From: Andalucia godoyi And28
Taxonomy: Eukaryota; Protista; Jakobida
Direction of reading: 5' to 3'
DNA: 64,000 bases
NCBI GenBank assembly: GCA_009859145.1
Contig: VRVR01000016.1
Span: 7,780-71,779 of the forward strand
The translations under genes and the position numbers were made by a program. Every line of letters starts with the position of its first letter. Position 1 is the stretch's first letter. Positions 60,932 to 64,000 of this stretch are shown piece by piece. The notes beneath the pieces are model-generated. The model made no database searches, was not told where the DNA came from, and saw nothing but the letters and a program-made list of their open reading frames with translations.

Positions 60932-63448
60932 ATGGGAAAGGCAAAGAAGGCTACGAAGAAGTTCGTGTCGAAGAATCTTGACAAGACACTGAAGAAGCGC
61001 AATGAAAAGAAAGCTATTCAAAGACGCTTTGAAAAGCGAGAAGACAAGAAGCGTCACCAAACGAACATTGAGAGTGTCATGCACAAGAATGACGGTTCCT
61101 CGGATGCTGCTCCGACAAATAAAAAAGCCAGCCGCATTGAAATGGCTCAGAAGTCAGGAAAGCCGAAGAAGAGTGTGGAAAACTTGGATATGGACGAGTT
61201 TTTGAATATGGACGAGAAATCGGCGGGTGAGATGTTTATCGATTCTGACGGCTCTGAAGTTGGGTCTGAGGACGCTGCAACTGCCTCGGGGTCGAACGAT
61301 GGTGGTGATGGTGATAGTGCAGAAGAGGGGTTGTTTGAATCGATGGACAATGACAATGATGACGATGACGACGGTATTGTTGGTGCCGATCTCGACGATA
61401 TGGATGAAGATGATTTCCAGAAGCACAAACAGGAACTGGAGGACCTGAAAAAGAAGGATCCCGAGTTCTTTGCCTTCTTGAAGAAGAACGACCCGCGGCT
61501 TGTCGAATTCGGCAATGACATTATTGGCGAGGACGACGACAACAACAACGACGAGGACGACGACAACGACGAAACTGGGGATGCCAATGGAAACGAAGAC
61601 CTTTCTGAGGACGACAATGCGGATGCGGAGGAGAGTCGGCAAAAGTCGGGGACCAAGAAGGCGTCAAAGAAGGAGCTGACAACGGCAATGATTGACGAAT
61701 GGGAGGCAAAAATTACCGGAAAGGACATTTCGCCGCAAGTGTTGAAGAAGCTCCTTTTAGCGTTCCGGTCGGCTTGCCACGTATCGGATGTTGACACGGA
61801 CAAGAGCCAGAATCAGCTGAAACATAGCTATCGCATTGAAACAGGAGCACTGTATAACAAAATCATCGTGTGCTGCTTGCGCTCTGTACCGATGGCCATC
61901 TACCGTATGAGCGGTGGATCCGAAGCAGATCTTGAAAAGTCTCCTGTTCCGCTTCCGAAGAACATGAAGGGCTGGAAGAAGAGCGAGATCTTTGCCAAAT
62001 CATTTCTTGGAAACCTTTTGCATTTGATGTCTGGATTTTCTTCGCCCTCCATGATTCTGTTCACTTTGCGCCAGCTTGGTTCGGCAATCCCGTTATTATG
62101 TTCATTTACACTCTACACTCGAAAGTGCATGAAGCTGCTCTTGCAATGGCTCTCACATACGGATGAAAAGGTGGCCCTTCGTGCCTACCTTTGCGTACGC
62201 AGTCTTGGAGTCAATGCCCCGTCGCCGTTCATGGTTTCGGTCATGAAGGGTGTGTACATGACCGCGGTCCGCGCCTCAAAGTCTTTGAATTACATAACTT
62301 TGCCTCGCATTACCTTTTTGACACAGTGTGTGGTTGATTTATGGGGTGCAGAGCTGACGACGGCGTACCAGCTGGCATTCATCTACATTCGACAGTGCGC
62401 AATCCACTTGAGAAATGCGCTCATGCACCCTACCCATGAATCCTTTTCGACAGTTTACAACTGGCAGTTCATCCAGTCTTTGCGCATCTGGACCGCAGTT
62501 CTCAGTCAGTACAGCGATAAGGACCATCCTCTGCGTCCACTTGTGTTCCCGCTTGTCCAAACCATCTCCGCTGCAATTCGACTTGTCCCGACAGGGCGAT
62601 TCTTCCCGCTTCGCTTCGCCTGCGTGAAGATGCTCAACACGCTGTCTCGGCACACTGGATTCTACATCCCTGTTTTCCCGTTCTTGCTGGAGGTCGCGGC
62701 TCACTTTACGGATTCCAAAGTTTCCAAAGACGGGTCTGGTTCGATGGCATCCTCCAAGATTGTCGATCTGACATGTCTTCTGCGAGTATCAAAGACTATT
62801 CTTCGATCCCGCGGGTACCATGACGCTTGCCTTGCAGAAATGCTGGAGCTGTGCACTGAACAGTACGCGATATTGGCCCGCTCCATTGCGTTCCCTGAAA
62901 TGACCTTCATCACGCTCAAGTCCTTGAAAAAATTTGCAAAGGACACTCGTTCTCCAGCGATCAAAAAGAAGATTGGCGCATTGATTGACAAGCTGGAAGA
63001 GAACTCGAGATTGATTGTGAAGAAGCGCGACGACGCCAACATTGCTCCAAAGGATGTTGAACAGGCCCACGCGTTTGGCGACTTGTTGACCGAGAACGCC
63101 GAACTTCCGATTGAGAAATTCTATCGCCAAGAAAAGGAAAAGAGAGACCGAGAAAGGAAGGCGCTTGCAGATGCTGCTCTTCAGGATGACGGTCAAGGTA
63201 TGCAGGATGACGACATGTTTGACAGTGACGACGAAGAGAAGGATCGGAAGGCTGCGGAGTCGAAGAAGAACAAGGGCAAGGACAAAGCAAAGAATGCAAA
63301 GCAGGAGGCCAAGAAGCATTCAAAGGAGGCCAAGCAAGTCATTGCTGACGAGTTCGACAATGGTGATGGTGATGAGGATTATGAAATGCAGGATGCCAAC
63401 GACAGTGAAGATGACCGTGTCGAAACCTTTGACGTGTCCAAGTTCTGA
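60932..63448 (+). CDS. NOC2: Nucleolar complex protein 2
   Basis: MGKAKKATKKF, HKQELEDLKKKDPEFFAFLK, VYNWQFIQSL, LVPTGRFFPLRF and SIAFPE. Confidence 0.95.
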   Translation: MGKAKKATKKFVSKNLDKTLKKRNEKKAIQRRFEKREDKKRHQTNIESVMHKNDGSSDAAPTNKKASRIEMAQKSGKPKKSVENLDMDEFLNMDEKSAGEMFIDSDGSEVGSEDAATASGSNDGGDGDSAEEGLFESMDNDNDDDDDGIVGADLDDMDEDDFQKHKQELEDLKKKDPEFFAFLKKNDPRLVEFGNDIIGEDDDNNNDEDDDNDETGDANGNEDLSEDDNADAEESRQKSGTKKASKKELTTAMIDEWEAKITGKDISPQVLKKLLLAFRSACHVSDVDTDKSQNQLKHSYRIETGALYNKIIVCCLRSVPMAIYRMSGGSEADLEKSPVPLPKNMKGWKKSEIFAKSFLGNLLHLMSGFSSPSMILFTLRQLGSAIPLLCSFTLYTRKCMKLLLQWLSHTDEKVALRAYLCVRSLGVNAPSPFMVSVMKGVYMTAVRASKSLNYITLPRITFLTQCVVDLWGAELTTAYQLAFIYIRQCAIHLRNALMHPTHESFSTVYNWQFIQSLRIWTAVLSQYSDKDHPLRPLVFPLVQTISAAIRLVPTGRFFPLRFACVKMLNTLSRHTGFYIPVFPFLLEVAAHFTDSKVSKDGSGSMASSKIVDLTCLLRVSKTILRSRGYHDACLAEMLELCTEQYAILARSIAFPEMTFITLKSLKKFAKDTRSPAIKKKIGALIDKLEENSRLIVKKRDDANIAPKDVEQAHAFGDLLTENAELPIEKFYRQEKEKRDRERKALADAALQDDGQGMQDDDMFDSDDEEKDRKAAESKKNKGKDKAKNAKQEAKKHSKEAKQVIADEFDNGDGDEDYEMQDANDSEDDRVETFDVSKF

Positions 63449-63513
63449 ATCCGCAATATCCTTTTTGTAAAGTGAGCTGCTGCTGCTGTTGCTTGTTAGA
63501 CTGCTTTTTATTA

Positions 63514-64000
63514 TTATTGCATTTCTTTGGTCGATATTCTGGTCACCAGCTGGGACTCTAGGTTTTGGAATTGGGTCGTCGGCGGCAGCTTGAGAAAACT
63601 GGAAATCAGCGTTGTGTCTGCTGCGCCTCCCACGGTAATGGGAACCATCTGCGCACCGTGTACTTGAGAAATAATAGAATCCACGTATTTCTCATTGGCT
63701 GGGTTGAATATTCCCACCAAAACACTTCTCGACGTCGCCTGGATTCCGAATATGGACAATGACTGAGCTATGCTTGTGGACGGGGACAGGCAGTACACGA
63801 GCTCCGCATGCAACGACTTGGTCTTCATCTTCCCATGTTCAAAGTTTGAAATCGCTCGGTTCAGTGCACAAAGCAGGTGGAACTCAGACAACACATACCG
63901 CGCATCCATGAATGCAGCATCCAACTTTGCTTCTCGAATACTCTGCAGCAGTGATTCCGCATTCAGCACATTCTCAAAGTGGTACACATAAAAATCATAC
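63514..64000 (-). CDS. CGI121: KEOPS subunit CGI121/TPRKB (5' end beyond window)
   Basis: AFMDARYVLSEFHL...MKTKSLHAELVYCLSPSTSIAQSLSIFGI; the frame stays open to the window edge. Confidence 0.88.
   Translation of the reverse strand, partial: YDFYVYHFENVLNAESLLQSIREAKLDAAFMDARYVLSEFHLLCALNRAISNFEHGKMKTKSLHAELVYCLSPSTSIAQSLSIFGIQATSRSVLVGIFNPANEKYVDSIISQVHGAQMVPITVGGAADTTLISSFLKLPPTTQFQNLESQLVTRISTKEMQ

Noticed and set aside
1-64000. tRNA, rRNA, snRNA genes and CRISPR arrays
   Set aside because: No T-loop/cloverleaf, U1/U2/U5/U6 signature in a plausible context, or regular repeat-spacer array was seen; tRNAscan-SE and Infernal would be needed to exclude divergent ones.

Overview
Gene-dense, apparently intron-free segment of a protist nuclear genome (standard code; TAA, TAG and TGA all end conserved genes; short AT-rich, microsatellite-laden spacers). 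About 29 protein genes are recognisable: front-end desaturase, bacterial-type HisRS, ARP5, BIVM, FSH1 esterase, lunapark, two tandem GH25 lysozymes, TMEM254, a single-domain Fluc fluoride channel, ZNHIT1/Vps71, Grx3, ATG3, an F-box-like protein, a borealin-like protein, a head-to-head ABCG pair, EFL, a formate/nitrite channel with PAS sequence, RNF10-like, MRPL23, a GATA/PHD protein, SCAMP, a giant IQ-repeat protein, DXO/RAI1, an orphan, UTP10, NOC2 and partial CGI121. The best hidden signal is non-genic. A ~410-bp repeat at 13648-14060 and 60258-60665 joins a TnpB/Fanzor N-terminal motif (RAVRIKMHPSQEQCITLRKW) directly to the RuvC-III motif (IDRDW/NGARxIYLK). Conserved hairpins and a sharp shared end (...TAATGCAGG) follow, then different flanks. 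It looks like a miniature non-autonomous Fanzor element that kept its omegaRNA end and could supply guides. A second repeat abuts that end. A decayed hAT transposase and a possible second Fanzor-like remnant lie at 21.9-24.5 kb. The FNT channel carries what appears to be a circularly permuted PAS domain. All alignments and counts were done by eye; no database was searched, and the organism is not identified.
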